A stretch of DNA of 64,000 nucleotides. Origin: Auanema rhodensis (Eukaryota > Animalia > Nematoda). Positions 41,339 to 56,300 of the stretch are shown here, in pieces. The notes under the pieces were generated by a model. It saw only the letters and a program-made list of their open reading frames with translations. It was not told where the DNA came from and did no database searches. The number at the start of each line of letters is the position of its first letter. Position 1 is the first letter of the stretch. The stretch lies in NCBI GenBank assembly GCA_964057225.1, contig OZ059898.1:6262001-6326000 (forward strand), given 5' to 3'. A program made the position numbers and the translations under genes.

Positions 41339-44300
41339 CTTAAATATTTAGTTAACTAGATAACATGAAGGCTAAAGTCTCATATACTATTTGCAAAATA
41401 ATTTTTTTTTCTCATTAAAATCTTTTTTTTCTTGTAACATTCAATTGAAATATAAGAGATCGGGAAAAAAAGACATAAAAGTGTCCAACCGTTCACATCA
41501 CAGCATGAAATCTAAATGAATATTCGTATATGGCATTTGACGTGTAAAATATTTATTATCACGTTAATTTATCTTTAATTTATTCTTTTATTATTTATGT
41601 AAATATATATATATTGTTAAGAACAATATATATATATAGCTATTTGTATCAAAATGTTTTTAAAAACATTGGAGATGACATGATGTCTTGGTGATTGAGT
41701 TGTTGCTAAAAGATTTATTTTTCAACATGACTACATGACCAATTTGCAGACATTATAAGAAATTTAACCTATAATTAGAATTTAGTTAAATGTCAGAAAA
41801 AACCTTGAATCTTTTGTAAAAAATGTTAATATATGTATGTATATACATATAAACTGAACGCAGTTTGCACTTATACAAGAAAATGAAGAAAAAAAATGAT
41901 TGACATGACCAGTTTTGATGTAATTTCTTTGAATGATTTTTGAACGAAAAACTTGATATTTTGTTTCAAAAAAAAATAATTTAACATATAATATATAAAT
42001 ACATTTCAGATATTGATGAATGTGCTTCAAACATGACCACATGTCCAGAAAATTCTATTTGTGTTAATCTTCCTGGAACTCATTACTGTAATTGTACAGA
42101 AGGATTTAGTCAAAAAGGAGAACACCCACATGCTAAATGTGTTGATATTGATGAATGTTCAAAGGGAATTCATAGCTGTAAATCAAATGAAATATGTGAA
42201 AATACTATTGGAAACTTCAATTGTGTTTCTAAATGTTCTGAGGGATATGAATACAAGAATGGAGAATGTGTTGATTTGAATGAATGCCGACGTGAGAACG
42301 TCTGTGATCCTCGAGCTGAATGTATAAATCTACCTGGAAGTTACAAATGTATCTGTGAAGATGGATTAGAAGGTGATGGAAAGACCTGTCAACGTATGTT
42401 ATCATCATGCATGTATATGGATAATATGATTTGATTTTCAGCAATCACTGATTGTACACAGCGAGACGATTTGTGTGATCGACATGCGCTCTGCATTCCA
42501 GCTCTTAAGATGTGCTATTGTCAAGCTGGATATGCTGGAGATGGAATTACTTGCAATGGTAACAAACATAATATTTTAATATTTTAATATTCTTATGTCA
42601 CAGATGTAAATGAATGTGAAGCATTGGAAAATCCCTGCCAAAATCAAAGAGGAGATCGATGTGTAAATATTGAAGGAGGATATATCTGTTGTGATGATGA
42701 CCAAGACGATGAACGCTGTATTCAAGACCAGGGAGCATTCTGCTCCGGCGGTTGTGGCTTGAATGCTTTCTGCGCTAATCAAACTTGTCAATGTCAACCT
42801 GGATTTATTGGTGACCCAAGCAAGAAATGTCTTGGTAAGTTGTGAATATGAAATACTTCAGTAAATCCATATATTACTTAGATGTTAATGAATGTGAGGT
42901 CGATAACATTTGTTCCGGAGTTGGACAATGGTGTATCAATGTTCTCGGCAGTTTCTTATGCTGTGGACCTGATAGCAAAGAAATTGAATGTCAAGGAGCT
43001 CATATCTTCAAAACTCTTGATGGACATCATCACATTTTAGAGCATAATAGCTCTGCAGCTGAAAGATGGATTGGTTCATCTGACAATGCTGTGGCTTCTG
43101 AAGCCGGAACAGTTCGTGTTGTAGGACAGTTACCTAGTGTTAGCGCAAGTTCAAGTAAGACTTTAATGAATTTGTTAAAAGCTCATGTTTTACATTCAGA
43201 ACGACCATGTACATCATATTGCCCACCAAATTCTGAATGCATTGACGGGTTCTGTATATGCTCCAAAGGTTATGGCGGTAATCCAAACTTTGGATGTGAA
43301 GGTATAAATTATAATAATAAATATAATTTACAAATAAAATATATAATTTAGATATTGATGAATGTAGAACAACTAAACCATGCTTAGAAGATAAAGATAA
43401 TTGGTGTGTCAATACTGATGGAGGATTTACTTGTTGTAATGTTAATAGTACTCAATCAGATTGTATAGGTATAACTATTAGATTTGTTTGAATTTCTAAT
43501 AATTCTACTATATAGGACTGGAAATTTCACCTGGAGGTCTCAGACTAACAGGCAGTTCCATTGAAAATGGTGAAACTGTTATATCGGCTTCTTTAAATGA
43601 ATCAATAGGATCAGAGATTATAAGTCATCATATTCAAGAAGTAATTTATTATTATTATAATATAATAATTAATTAATTAAAATTAATTTATAGAGCCGAA
43701 ACTTCTCAGAAGGTGGTCATATCATCTTAGTTAAGAGTAGAGTAAATAGTGGAGATAATATATTAAGTACAACAATTGGAGATAAAGGAATTGAAATTAT
43801 TCCAACTACCATAGGAACTGGAGAGATTGATAGTTTAGAAACAACTACACAGCTACCAGGAGTTGTTTCCACATTAGGCGGTACTAAAGCTACTGTTTCT
43901 ACGTCTATCCCAATCTCAGAGATTCCAGTTCATCCAACTGATATTCCAATTATTATTGAGGTTTATTATTAATTATTTTCTAATTTTTTATTTATAATAT
44001 TTAGGAATTGAAAAAAGGAATCAATCAACCTGATTTTATTCTTTCTGGTAAAGGAAAGATTGATATTGAAGGATCAGGAATTAAAGACGAACGTATTGTG
44101 GATGAACATGATCAAAGCGAAATCGAAGGTTCTGGTATTGATGGAGCTGAATCGAGCTCATTCACAAACTCATCTGGAGGAACATTTGTTGTTCAAACTG
44201 GCAAATTCGGAAGACCAATTCACATTCCAAATCTTCCTAATATTACCGAAATACTATCTAACGCACAGAAGCCAGAAGATACAAATAGCACTGCTACACA

Positions 44301-47300
44301 TGATATTCCTGAAGGAGCAATTGAAAACATCAAATCTGAAACTGGTGGAAAGATTATTATTCAAACTGGAGGAAAAGGACAATCTGGATCACAAATTATT
44401 TTGGGCAATGGATTACCTCAAGGAGTTCATCCAACAGGCTCAATTGTGCCCGATAACACCCATGTTCCTACTACATCTGATGGACATCTTCCTGATGGCT
44501 CTGAAGGCGCATCAAAGTTAAATTCTGAAGGTCGTGTCTTGATTTTCAGTGGAGGTAACGGAACAGTCCCAACTGAAAAACTCATCCATATACCTGATGG
44601 TGTTGTTTTATCAAATGAAACTAACAAAAGTATCATTTTACCTGATGGAAATGGATCATCAATCACCAATTCTGAAGGAAGACTAGTGATTGTGAAACCT
44701 GGAACAACAACTGAAGATGGAACATCGAACAAAAAAGGACCATCATCTGGAAACTTGAAAATTCACATCACAACCGCAGAAGAAACATCAACTCCTTCTG
44801 ATTTCACTGAACAAGTGGGATTAGAGATTGTGAATACTGGACCCACAAGTCCTCCTGATGTTGATATTACTGATAGCTTTGTTGGTGGTAAGGATACTAC
44901 TGATTTCCATACAACAACAAGCACTTTCACCACTGGAAGCCATGGATCAAGTGGACATGTTGAACAAGGTCAAGTTATCTTCTCGAAAACTCCCGAAGTT
45001 ACCTCAGAAGGTTCTGGCTTTGGAACCGAGCGGCCTAATGAGTTCACAAATCAACCTGAAGATCATATTCCAACCGATAAAGTTGAGCCAGGAGAACTTG
45101 GTTTGGAAATCATTGCAACTGGACCAACAGAACCCGCCTTGGAAACTACTACTTTCACAATCACAACACCTGAAACGCCAAGTACCAATGAACCAGATCT
45201 TGTTATTGTACCAGAGGATGGTTTTGAAACTCGGCCAAATGATAAGAATGCTAGTACAACAGGCCATGAACTTCCAGAAGGCAGTGGAGAACAACCAAAA
45301 ACAGATATTACTGATGGAACTGAAACAGAAAATATTTCTACAGGAGATCATCACCCAAAGCTGAATCGTACCATAATATCAAGTGGCGAAGTAGATCCAG
45401 TTGATGAAGATTTGATTGGTGGCCATGGAGAAAGTTCAGAATTTGCTTCTGGTGAACGAGGGCCTAACGAGTTGACTCCATCTACAACGGAAACACCATC
45501 ATCAACTGAAATGGGCTTAGAAATTGTCACTGATCAACTAACCACATCACAACCTGATATTTCTACAACCACTGAAGAATCATTAACTAAAATTACTGTC
45601 GGATCTGAAACAACTACTGTCGCTGTCCATTCTAGTACCAATGCTCCAGAACCCACATCAACCGAAGCAGAGTCTACCACTACTCTCGGATCTTCTAGCA
45701 CCAGTGCTCCAGAATCTACATCAACCGAAGCAGAGTCTACCACTACTTCCGGATCTTCTAGCACCAATGCTCCAGAATCCACATCAACCAAAGCAGAGTC
45801 TACCACTACTTCCGGATCTTCTAGCACCAGTGCTCCAGAATCCACATCAACCGAAGCAGAGTCTACCTCTACTTCCGGATCTTCCAGCACCAATGCTCCA
45901 GAACCCACATCAAGCGAAGCAGAGTCTACCACTACTCTCGGATCTTCTAGCACCAGTGCTCCAGAATCTACATCAACCGAAGCAGAGTCTACCACTACTT
46001 CCGGATCTTCTAGCACCAATGCTCCAGAATCCACATCAACCAAAGCAGAGTCTACCACTACTTCCGGATCTTCTAGCACCAGTGCTCCAGAATCCACATC
46101 AACCGAAGCAGAGTCTACCTCTACTTCCGGATCTTCCAGCACCAATGCTCCAGAACCCACATCAAGCGAAGCAGAGTCTACCACTGCTTCCGGATCTTCC
46201 AGCACCAGTGCTCCAGAATCCACATCAACCGAAGCAGAGTCTACCTCTACTTCCGTATCTTCCAGCACCAGTGCTCCAGAATCCACATCAACCGAAGCAG
46301 AGTCTACCTCTACTTCCGGATCTTCCAGCACCAGTGCTCCAGAATCCACATCAACCGAAGCAGAGTCTACCTCTACTTCCGGATCTTCTAGCACCAGTGC
46401 TCCAGAATCCACATCAACCGAAGCAGAGTCTACCTCTACTTCCGGATCTTCCAGCACCAGTGCTCCAGAATCCACATCAAACAAAGCAGAGTCTACCACT
46501 ACTTCCGGATCTTCTAGCACCAGTGCTCCAGAATCCACATCAACCGAAGCAGAGTCTACCTCTACTTCCGGATCTTCCAGCACCAGTGCTCCAGAATCCA
46601 CATCAACCAAAGCAGAGTCTACTACTACTTCCGGATCTTCTAGCACCAGTGCTCCAGAATCCACATCAACCGAAGCAGAGTCTACCTCTACTTCCGAATC
46701 TACCAGCACCAGTGCTCCAGAATCCACATCAACCGAAGCAGAGTCTACCACTGCTTCCGAATCTTCCAGCACCAGTGCTCCAGAATCCACATCAACCGAA
46801 GCAGAGTCTATCACTACTTCCGGATCTTCCAGCACCAGTGCTCCAGAATCCACATCAACTGAAGCTCAATCTACTGCTGCTTCCGGATCGTCTAGTACCA
46901 TCGCTCCAGAATCCACATCAACCGAAGCAGAGTCTATCACTACTTCCGGATCTTCCAGCACCAGTGCTCCAGAATCCACATCATCTGAAGCTCAATCTAC
47001 TGCTGCTTCCGGATCTTCTAGCACCAGTGCTCCAGAATCCACATCAACCGAAGCAGAGTCTACCACTACTTCCGGATCTTCCAGCACCAGTGCTCCAGAA
47101 TCCGCATCAACCGAAGCTCAATCTACTGCTGCTTCCGGATTGTCTAGTACCATCGCTCCTGAATCCACATCAACCGAAGCAGAGTCTACCACTACTCTTG
47201 GTGAAATTGCTAAGGGATCAATTGTTTCGTCCACATCCGCTTCTGTTACAACTGGAACTCCCGAAATTACCACTGAGTCAACTACAACCATAGAATCAAC

Positions 47301-50300
47301 AACAGCTGAAGTTATCTCATCTACAATCGCTAAACTTTCAATCCCACACAGCTCTACAACATCCCTGCCCGATGAAGATTTGACAGATGCCACAACCTTA
47401 CCAACGGATGAGACCACAGAAGGATCAGAATCTGCGATTACTGACGCCGCAACAGGAAAACAGAGTCGTCAACCAACAACGCTTGAACCTTTACTTGAAG
47501 TAACTACTCTACAAGAGACAACAACACCTTTAATTGCTACATTCACACCGGAAATTGATGAATCTGAGCCAACTGATGAAGAGAAAAAAGATGAATTTGC
47601 TTTGAGAACGACCACAATAAAGCCTGCAACCCTAGGACCAAATAATACAACCAAATGTATTAGTAGTGACGAGTGTGGAGATGATGCACAATGCGAACGA
47701 CGAACAGGTGCTTGTCGCTGTTATCCTGGATTTGAAGGATCCCCACCATCAATTCCATGTAAAGATGTTGATGAATGCGCAGAAGGCTTGCACAAATGTC
47801 ATCCATCAGCTCGTTGTCATAACTACAACGGTGGATATGCATGTTTCTGTCAAATGGGCTATCGCAAGAATAGCGATGGAGAATGTGTAGATATCAATGA
47901 ATGTGAAGAATCTCGAGGAACTTGCTGCAGTGTAAACGGTACATGTGTTAACAAACCTGGATCATATGGATGCGAATGCAAATCCGGATTTACTGGAGAT
48001 GGATATAACTGTATGCCAGTTGAGAAAAGAATCTGTCAAGACTTTGAATTTGATAAAGCTGGATGTGGTCATAATCATATGTGTATGATTGATGGTGAAG
48101 GAAATTTCGATTGTAACACATGCAAAATGGGATTCCAAATGATTAATGGATCATGTAGTGATATCAATGAATGTGCTACATCTGATTTACACATGTGTGA
48201 TGAGAATGCTAACTGTAACAACTTGCTTGGAACTTATGCTTGTCAATGTAAAGAAGGATACCGTGGAGATGGATTTATGTGCAAAGGTATCAACTATTAT
48301 TTCTTATAACTGTAATAATTTTTTAATTTAGATATTGATGAATGTGCTGAATCACATAGTCATTGTCATCCGCAAGCAATCTGCACCAACTTGCCAGGCT
48401 CATATAACTGTAGTTGCCCTGAAGGATTCACTGGGGAAGGACAAACAAGCTGTCAAAACCCAGTAGAAAAAAGCTGTGAAGATGTTGGAAAGTTCTGTGG
48501 ACGTGTTGAACATACTTCATGTTTATCCGTACGCATTTTCAACGGAAGCTTAGCTAGTGTATGCGAATGTGAACCCGGATACCGATACAATGCACATTCA
48601 AACAGCTGTGAAGGTATTTATCCATAGTTCAACTTATTTTTACATTTTTGATTTATAGATATCAATGAATGCATGGAAAACCGTCATAACTGTGATCCAG
48701 CTTCTGCTGTTTGTGTTAACACTGTAGGAGATTATACTTGTGAATGTGCCGAAGGATATGAAGGAGTTGGAGGAATCTGTGTTGATGTAAATGAATGTGA
48801 ACGTGGTCTTGCTGGTTGTCATTCTATGGCAATGTGCTTGAATCAACCTGGAAGCTGCGGATGTAAATGTATGGAAGGATTTACTGGAGATGGCATTCAA
48901 TGCACATGTATGTCAATTCGAATGACTAGCAATTTAATTTTTAAAAATATTTTAGCTACAACTCCTGATGATCTATGCACTGTTGAATGGCAAAGACTCT
49001 GTCGTTTGGAGAATAAAACTTGCCATATTGATGAAGAAGATGTTCCTCAATGTGGATCATGTATTGAAGGTCATCATCCAATCAATGGCTCTTGCCAACG
49101 TAAATTTCAAAAATATATAAGAAAATCATTAATTTCATTCATTTAAGCAGTTGAAGGTGCTGGAAATTGTGCTGATCGTACAATGAATAAATGTCATCCA
49201 AATGCTGAATGTATTGATGTACAACCTGGAAGACATTTCTGTACATGTAAAGTTGGATACATTGGAGATGGCATGAGATGTGACGGTGAGATATTTCATA
49301 AACAATATTTGAATGATATTCTTGCATGATTTATTTATTTTTTATACATATACATATAGTATATATGAATATGAAATATTTTCATATTCAGATATTGATG
49401 AATGTTCTGTGCCTGGTATATGTGATGAGCATGCTACTTGCACAAATCTTGAAGGATCTTTCACTTGCACATGTAAATCCGGATTTTTCGGAAATGGTTT
49501 TACTTGTAAAAATACTTCTACTAGCCTGTTGACCAATAGCACTCAGGGTAAGCTTGTTTACAAGCTTATTCATTTATATATTTTTATGTAACGCATGAGC
49601 TTCATTCAATACTTTAGGTCCAAATTGTCATTTGGATGCTGGATTATGTCACGAAAATGCTACATGTCATATGGACGGACATTGCAAATGCAATGATGGC
49701 TTTGAAGGAGATGGTATTATTATCTGTACTGGTATGTGATTTATCAGCTATATCGTTTTGAAACTTATCTGAATTTTCAGCAGAAAAGAACGGATCTTTA
49801 ACTGTCGGACCGGAACCACCTGTCCTTTTAAGACAAACAACAGCTCTTCCCAATGATCAAATTACTTCTCAAGGTACGTCGGAACATCCCATCACATCTG
49901 CACCGACAACAACAACTATCGTCAACGATACTAGCATGACTAAATCACCAACTGAAATCAATACGCCTGCTATGGAAAGAACGACGTTGCAGCCTGATGG
50001 CACGTCTACTTCTTTCGATTTCAAATCTGCACGAACCAACAACTTACCAGCAATAATGTCAACAACTCAATCAACCACACCAATAACAAAGCCAGAAATA
50101 CTGACGTTAACTTCAACTACATCTAATCCCAATAATTTAACGGCTTCTGAAACAGATAGCCATAATAATTCAAAGACAACGATTAAGCAAACGCTGTTAG
50201 CTTCAACAACATCGAAGACATTCGATACTATAACATCCACTACTCCACTAACTGAAGAGACATTCACTTTTTCCACAACAACACCAATCTCACAAAATAC

Positions 50301-53300
50301 ACACGAACCAACACTTACAGTTCGATTTAATACTCAAAATAACACCCTTCCCAATAATCCTCCTAACGCAACGGACTTCGAATCAAATCCTATGACCACA
50401 ATATTTACTGGAACTACACACTTATCTGAAACAGATAATTCTCCGAAGCCTTCTGATGGTAAAGTTACCACTACACCAACTAGTGGAACAGCCTCTTCTT
50501 CTGAAGCTTCTGAATCAACAAAAGGTTCTCATTTTGAAACAACTACCCCGGTCAGTGAATCAACCACTAAAATTGCGCCATCAACTTCAAACAGTCCCTC
50601 CACAAACTCACTTGGAGTTTCACAATCCACCAAACCTTCCGATGGTTCTCAATTGTCAACTCCAAGCAGTGTCACGACCAGTTCACCTGGAGCTTCAGAT
50701 TCCACAAAACCTTCTGATGGTTCCGAATTGTCCACTCCAAGCGTTGTCACAACCACTTCACCTGGAGCTTCAGATTCCACAAAACCTTCCGATGGTTCTG
50801 AATTGTCAACTCCAAGCAGTGTCACAACCAGTTCACCTGGAGCTTCAGATTCCACAAAACCTTCCGATGGTTCCGAATTGTCCAATCCAAGCAGTGTCAC
50901 GACCAGTTCACCTGGAGCTTCAGACTCCACAAAACCTTCCGAAGGTTTTGATGTTTCAACTCCAAGCAGTGTCACAACCAGTTCACCTGGAGCTTCAGAT
51001 TCCACAAAACCTTCCGATGCTTCTGAATTGTCAACTCCAAGCAGTGTCACAACCAGTTCACCTGGAGCTTCAGATTCCACAAAACCTTCCGATGGTTCCG
51101 AATTGTCCACTCCAAGCAGTGTCACGACCAGTTCACCTGGAGCTTCAGATTCCACAAAACCTTCCGATGGTTCCGAGTTGACCACTCCAAGCAGTGTCAC
51201 AACAAGTTCACCTGGAGCTTCAGATTCCACAAAACCTTCCGATGGTTCCGAATTGTCCACTCCAAGCAGTGTCACGACCAGTTCACCTGGAGCTTCAGAC
51301 TCCACAAAACCTTCCGATGGTTCCGAATTGTCCACTCCAAGCAGTGTCACGACCAGTTCACCTGGAGCTTCAGACTCCACAAAACCTTCCGATGGTTCCG
51401 AATTGTCCACTCCAAGCAGTGTCACGACCAGTTCACCTGGAGCTTCAGACTCCACAAAACCTTCCGATGGTTCTGAAGCCACAACTCCAGGTAGTGACAC
51501 AACAAGTTCACCTGGAGCTTCAGATTCCACAAAACCTTCCGATGGTTCCGAATTGACCACTCCAAGCAGTGTCACGACCAGTTCACCTGGAGCTTCAGAC
51601 TCCACAAAACCTTCCAATGGTTCTGAATTGTCAACTCCAAGCGGTGTCACAACCAGTTCACCTGGAGCTTCAGATTCGACCAAACCTTCCCATAGTTCCG
51701 AAGCTGTAACACCAGGTTCTGGCAAAACCAGTTCACCTGGAGCTTCAGACTCCACAAAACCTTCCGATGGTTCCGAATTGTCCACTCCAAGCAGTGTCAC
51801 AACCAGTTCACCTGGAGCTTCAGACTCCACAAAACCTTCCGATGGTTCCGAATTGACCACTCCAAGCAGTGTCACAACAAGTTCACCTGGAGCTTCAGAT
51901 TCCACAAAACCTTCCGATGGTTCTGAATTGTCAACTCGAAGCGGTGTCACAACAAGTTTACCTGGAGCTTCAGACTCCACAAAACCTTCCAATGGTTCTG
52001 AATTGTCAACTCCAAGCGGTGTCACAACCAGTTCACCTGGAGCTTCAGACTCCACAAAACCTTCCGATGGTTCCGAATTGACCACTCCAAGCAGTGTCAC
52101 AACAAATTCACCTGGAGCTTCAGATTCCACAAAACCTTCCGATGGTTCCGAATTGTCCACTCCAAGCAGTGTCACAACAAATTCACCTGGAGCTTCAGAT
52201 TCCACAAAACCTTCCGATGGTTCCGAATTGTCCACTCCAAGCAGTGTCACGACCAGTTCACCTGGAGCTTCAGACTCCACAAAACCTTCCAATGGTTCTG
52301 AATTGTCAACTCCAAGCGGTGTCACAACCAGTTCACCTGGAGCTTCAGACTCCACAAAACCTTCCGATGGTTCCGAATTGACCACTCCAAGCAGTGTCAC
52401 AACAAGTTCACCTGGAGCTTCAGATTCCACAAAACCGTCCGATGGTTCCGAATTGTCCACTCCAAGCAGTGTCACGACCAGTTCACCTGGAGCTTCAGAC
52501 TCCACAAAACCTTCCGATGGTTCCGAATTGACCACTCCAGGCAGTGTCACAACAAGTTCACCTGGAGCTTCAGACTCCACAAAACTTTCCGATGGTTCCG
52601 AATTGACCACTCCAAGCAGTGTCACAACAAGTTCACCTGGAGCTTCAGATTCCACAAAACCTTCCGATGGTTCTGAATTGTCAACTCCAAGCGGTGTCAC
52701 AACAAGTTCACCTGGAGCTTCAGATTCCACAAAACCTTCCCATGGTTCCGAATTGTCCACTCCAAGCAGTGTCACGACCAGTTCACCTGGAGCTTCAGAC
52801 TCCACAAAACCTTCCGATGGTTCCGAATTGACCACTCCAAGCGGTGTCACAACAAGTTTACCTGGAGCTTCAGATTCCACAAAACCTTCCGATGGTTCCG
52901 AATTGTCCACTCCAAGCAGTGTCACAACCAGTTCACCTGGAGCTTCAGACTCCACAAAACCTTCCGATGGTTCCGAATTGACCACTCCAAGCAGTGTCAC
53001 AACAAGTTTACCTGGAGCTTCAGATTCCACAAAACCTTCCGATGGTTCCGAATTGTCCACTCCAAGCAGTGTCACAACCAGTTCACCTGGAGCTTCAGAC
53101 TCCACAAAACCTTCCGATGGTTCCGAATTGACCACTCCAAGCAGTGTCACAACAAGTTCACCTGGAGCTTCAGATTCCACAAAACCTTCCGATGGTTCCG
53201 AATTGTCCACTCCAAGCGGTGTCACGACCAGTTCATCTGGAGCTTCAGACTCCACAAAACCTTCCGATGGTTCTGAATTGTCAACTCCAAGCGGTGTCAC

Positions 53301-56300
53301 AACAAGTTCACCTGGAGCTTCAGACTCCACAAAACCTTCCGATGGTTCTGAATTGTCAACTCCAAGCGGTGTCACAACAAGTTCACCTGGAGCTTCAGAC
53401 TCCACAAAACCTTCCGATGGTTCTGAATTGTCAACTCCAAGCGGTGTCACAACAAGTTCACCTGGAGCTTCAGATTCCACAAAACCTTCCGATGGTTCCG
53501 AATTGTCCACTCCAAGCAGTGTCACGACCAGTTCACCTGGAGCTTCAGATTCCACAAAACCTTCCGATGATTCCGAATTGTCCACTCCAAGCAGTGTTAC
53601 AACCAGTTCAACTGAATCTTCAGATCCCACCAAACCTTCCGATGATTCTGAATTGTCCACTCCAAGCAGAGGCAGCACTAGTTCACCTGGAGATTCAGAT
53701 TCCACCAAACCCTCTGATTTTTCTGATGTTTCAACTCCAAGCAGTGTTACAACCAGTTCACCTGGAGCTTCAGACTCCACAAAACCTTCCGAAGGTTTTG
53801 ATGTTTCAACTCCAAGCAGTGGTACAACCAGTTCAGCTCAAGCTTCAGAATCTGCAAAGCCTTCTGATGAAACTAAAACAACCTTTCATCCAAAACATCT
53901 GAGTTTTTCGAGAGTTCCTGATGAAAAATCAACCACACCAACTGAGAACATCGTAACAGCCATATCCCACATGATTTCGAACGTTTTCTCGACTACTCCA
54001 AGTGCTCCAACAACACGAATGGAGGATGTTATGGGATTGGAGATCATGAATCCCAATAAGTTTTCCCAAAATCCGAAATTCGTAGCGAAAACAACCACAG
54101 CTTCTGCCAAATCTGTCCTAGACTCTTCTACCCTTCCATCTTCTTCTGAAGTTTCAATTACTGAAGATTCTGGTGAAGAGCCGACTACTGTGATGGAGGA
54201 TAAGATGGGCTTGGAAATTATGATTCCACGAAGACCAAATGTAAAATCAACCTTAGGGCCACAGCTTACTTCCTCTTCAGCAAATCCGAGCGATACTGTT
54301 TCTGCTTCATCTACTTCTTCAGTAACTCCTGAAGGTGAAAGCACTGTCTCAGTTTCATCTGGCTCATCAACTACTCCAGGTTCTAAAGCTAATGTTGTAA
54401 CCTCTACCGGAGCTTCAGTCACTCCTGGAAGTGAAAGCACTGTCTCAGTGTCTTCCGAAACATCAACTACTCCAGGTTCTGAAGCTAATATTCCAACATC
54501 TACTGGAGCCTCAGTAACTCCTAGAGGTGAAAGCACTGTCTCAGATTCAACTGGAGCATCAACTACTCCAGGTTCTGAAGCTAATATTCCAACATCTACC
54601 GGAGCCTCAGTAACTCCTGGAAGTGAAAGCACTGTCTCAGCTCCATCTGGAACATTAACTACTCCAGGTTCTGAATCTAATATTCCAACATCTACTGGAG
54701 CCTCAGTAACTCCTAGAGGTGAAAGCACTGTCTCAGATTCAACTGGAGCATCAACTACTCCAGGTTCTGAAGCTAATATTCCAACATCTACCGGAGCCTC
54801 AGTAGCTCCTGGAAGTGAAAGCACTGTCTCAGCTCCATCTGGAACATCAACTACCCTTGGTTCTAAAGCTAATGTTGTAACCTCTACCGGAGCTTCAGTC
54901 ACTCCTGGAAGTGAAAGCACTGTCTCAGTGTCTTCTGAAACATCAACTACTCCAGGTTCTGAATCGAATATTCCAACCTCTACCGGAACTTCAGTAACTC
55001 CTGGAGGTGAAAGCACTGTCTCAGCTCCATCTGGAACATCAACAACTCCAGGTTCTAAAGCTAATGTTGTAACTTCTACCGGAGCTTCAGTAACTCCTGG
55101 AAGTGAAAGCACTGTCTCAGATTCAACTGGAGCTTCAACTACTCCAGGTTCTGAATCTAATATTCCAACCTCTACAGGAATTTCAGTAACTCCTGGAGAT
55201 GAAAGCACTGTCTCAGCTCTATCTGGAACATCAACAACTCTAGGTTCTAAAGCTAATGTTGTAACCTCTACCGGAGCTTCAGTAACTCCTGGAAGTGAAA
55301 GCACTGTCTCAACTGGAGCTTCAACTACTCCAGGTTCTGAATCTAATATTCCAACATCTACTGGAGCTTCAGTAACTCCTGGAGGTGAAAGCACTGTCTC
55401 AGCTCCATCTGGAACATCAACAACTCCAGGTTCTAAAGCTAATGTTGTAACCTCTACCGGAGCTTCAGTAACTCCTGGAGGAGAAAGCACTGTCTCAGCT
55501 TCATCTGGAACATCAAGTACTCCAGGTTCTGAATCGAATATTCCAACCTCTACCGGAACTTCAGTAACTCCTGGAGGTGAAAGCACTGTCTCAGCTCCAT
55601 CTGAAACATCAACAACTCCAGGCTCTGAATCGAATATTCCAACCTCTACCGGAACTTCAGTAACTCCTGGAAGTGAAAGCACTGTCTCAGATTCAACTGG
55701 AGCTTCAACTACTCCAGGTTCTGGTTCTAATATTCCAACCTCTACCGGAACTTCAGTAACTCCTGGAGGTGAAAGCACTGTCTCAGCTCCATCTGAAACA
55801 TCAACAACTCCAGGCTCTGAATCGAATATTCCAACCTCTACCGGAACTTCAGTAACTCCTGGAAGTGAAAGCACTGTCTCAGATTCAACTGAAACATCAA
55901 CAACTCCAGGCTCTGAATCGAATATTCCAACCTCTACTGGAGCTTCAGTAACTCCTGGAGGTGAAAGCACTGTCTCAGCTCCATCTGGAACATCAACAAC
56001 TCCAGGCTCTGAATCGAATATTCCAACCTCTACTGGAGCTTCAGTAACTCCTGGAGGTGAAAGCACTGTCTCAGCTCCATCTGGAACATCAACAACTCCA
56101 GGCTCTGAATCGAATATTCCAACCTCTACCGGAACTTCAGTAACTCCTGGAAGTGAAAGCACTGTCTCAGTGTCTTCCGAAACATCAACTACTCCAGGTT
56201 CTGAAGCTAATATTCCAACATCTACTGGAGCCTCAGTAACTCCTAGAGGTGAAAGCACTGTCTCAGATTCAACTGGAGCATCAACTACTCCAGGTTCTGA

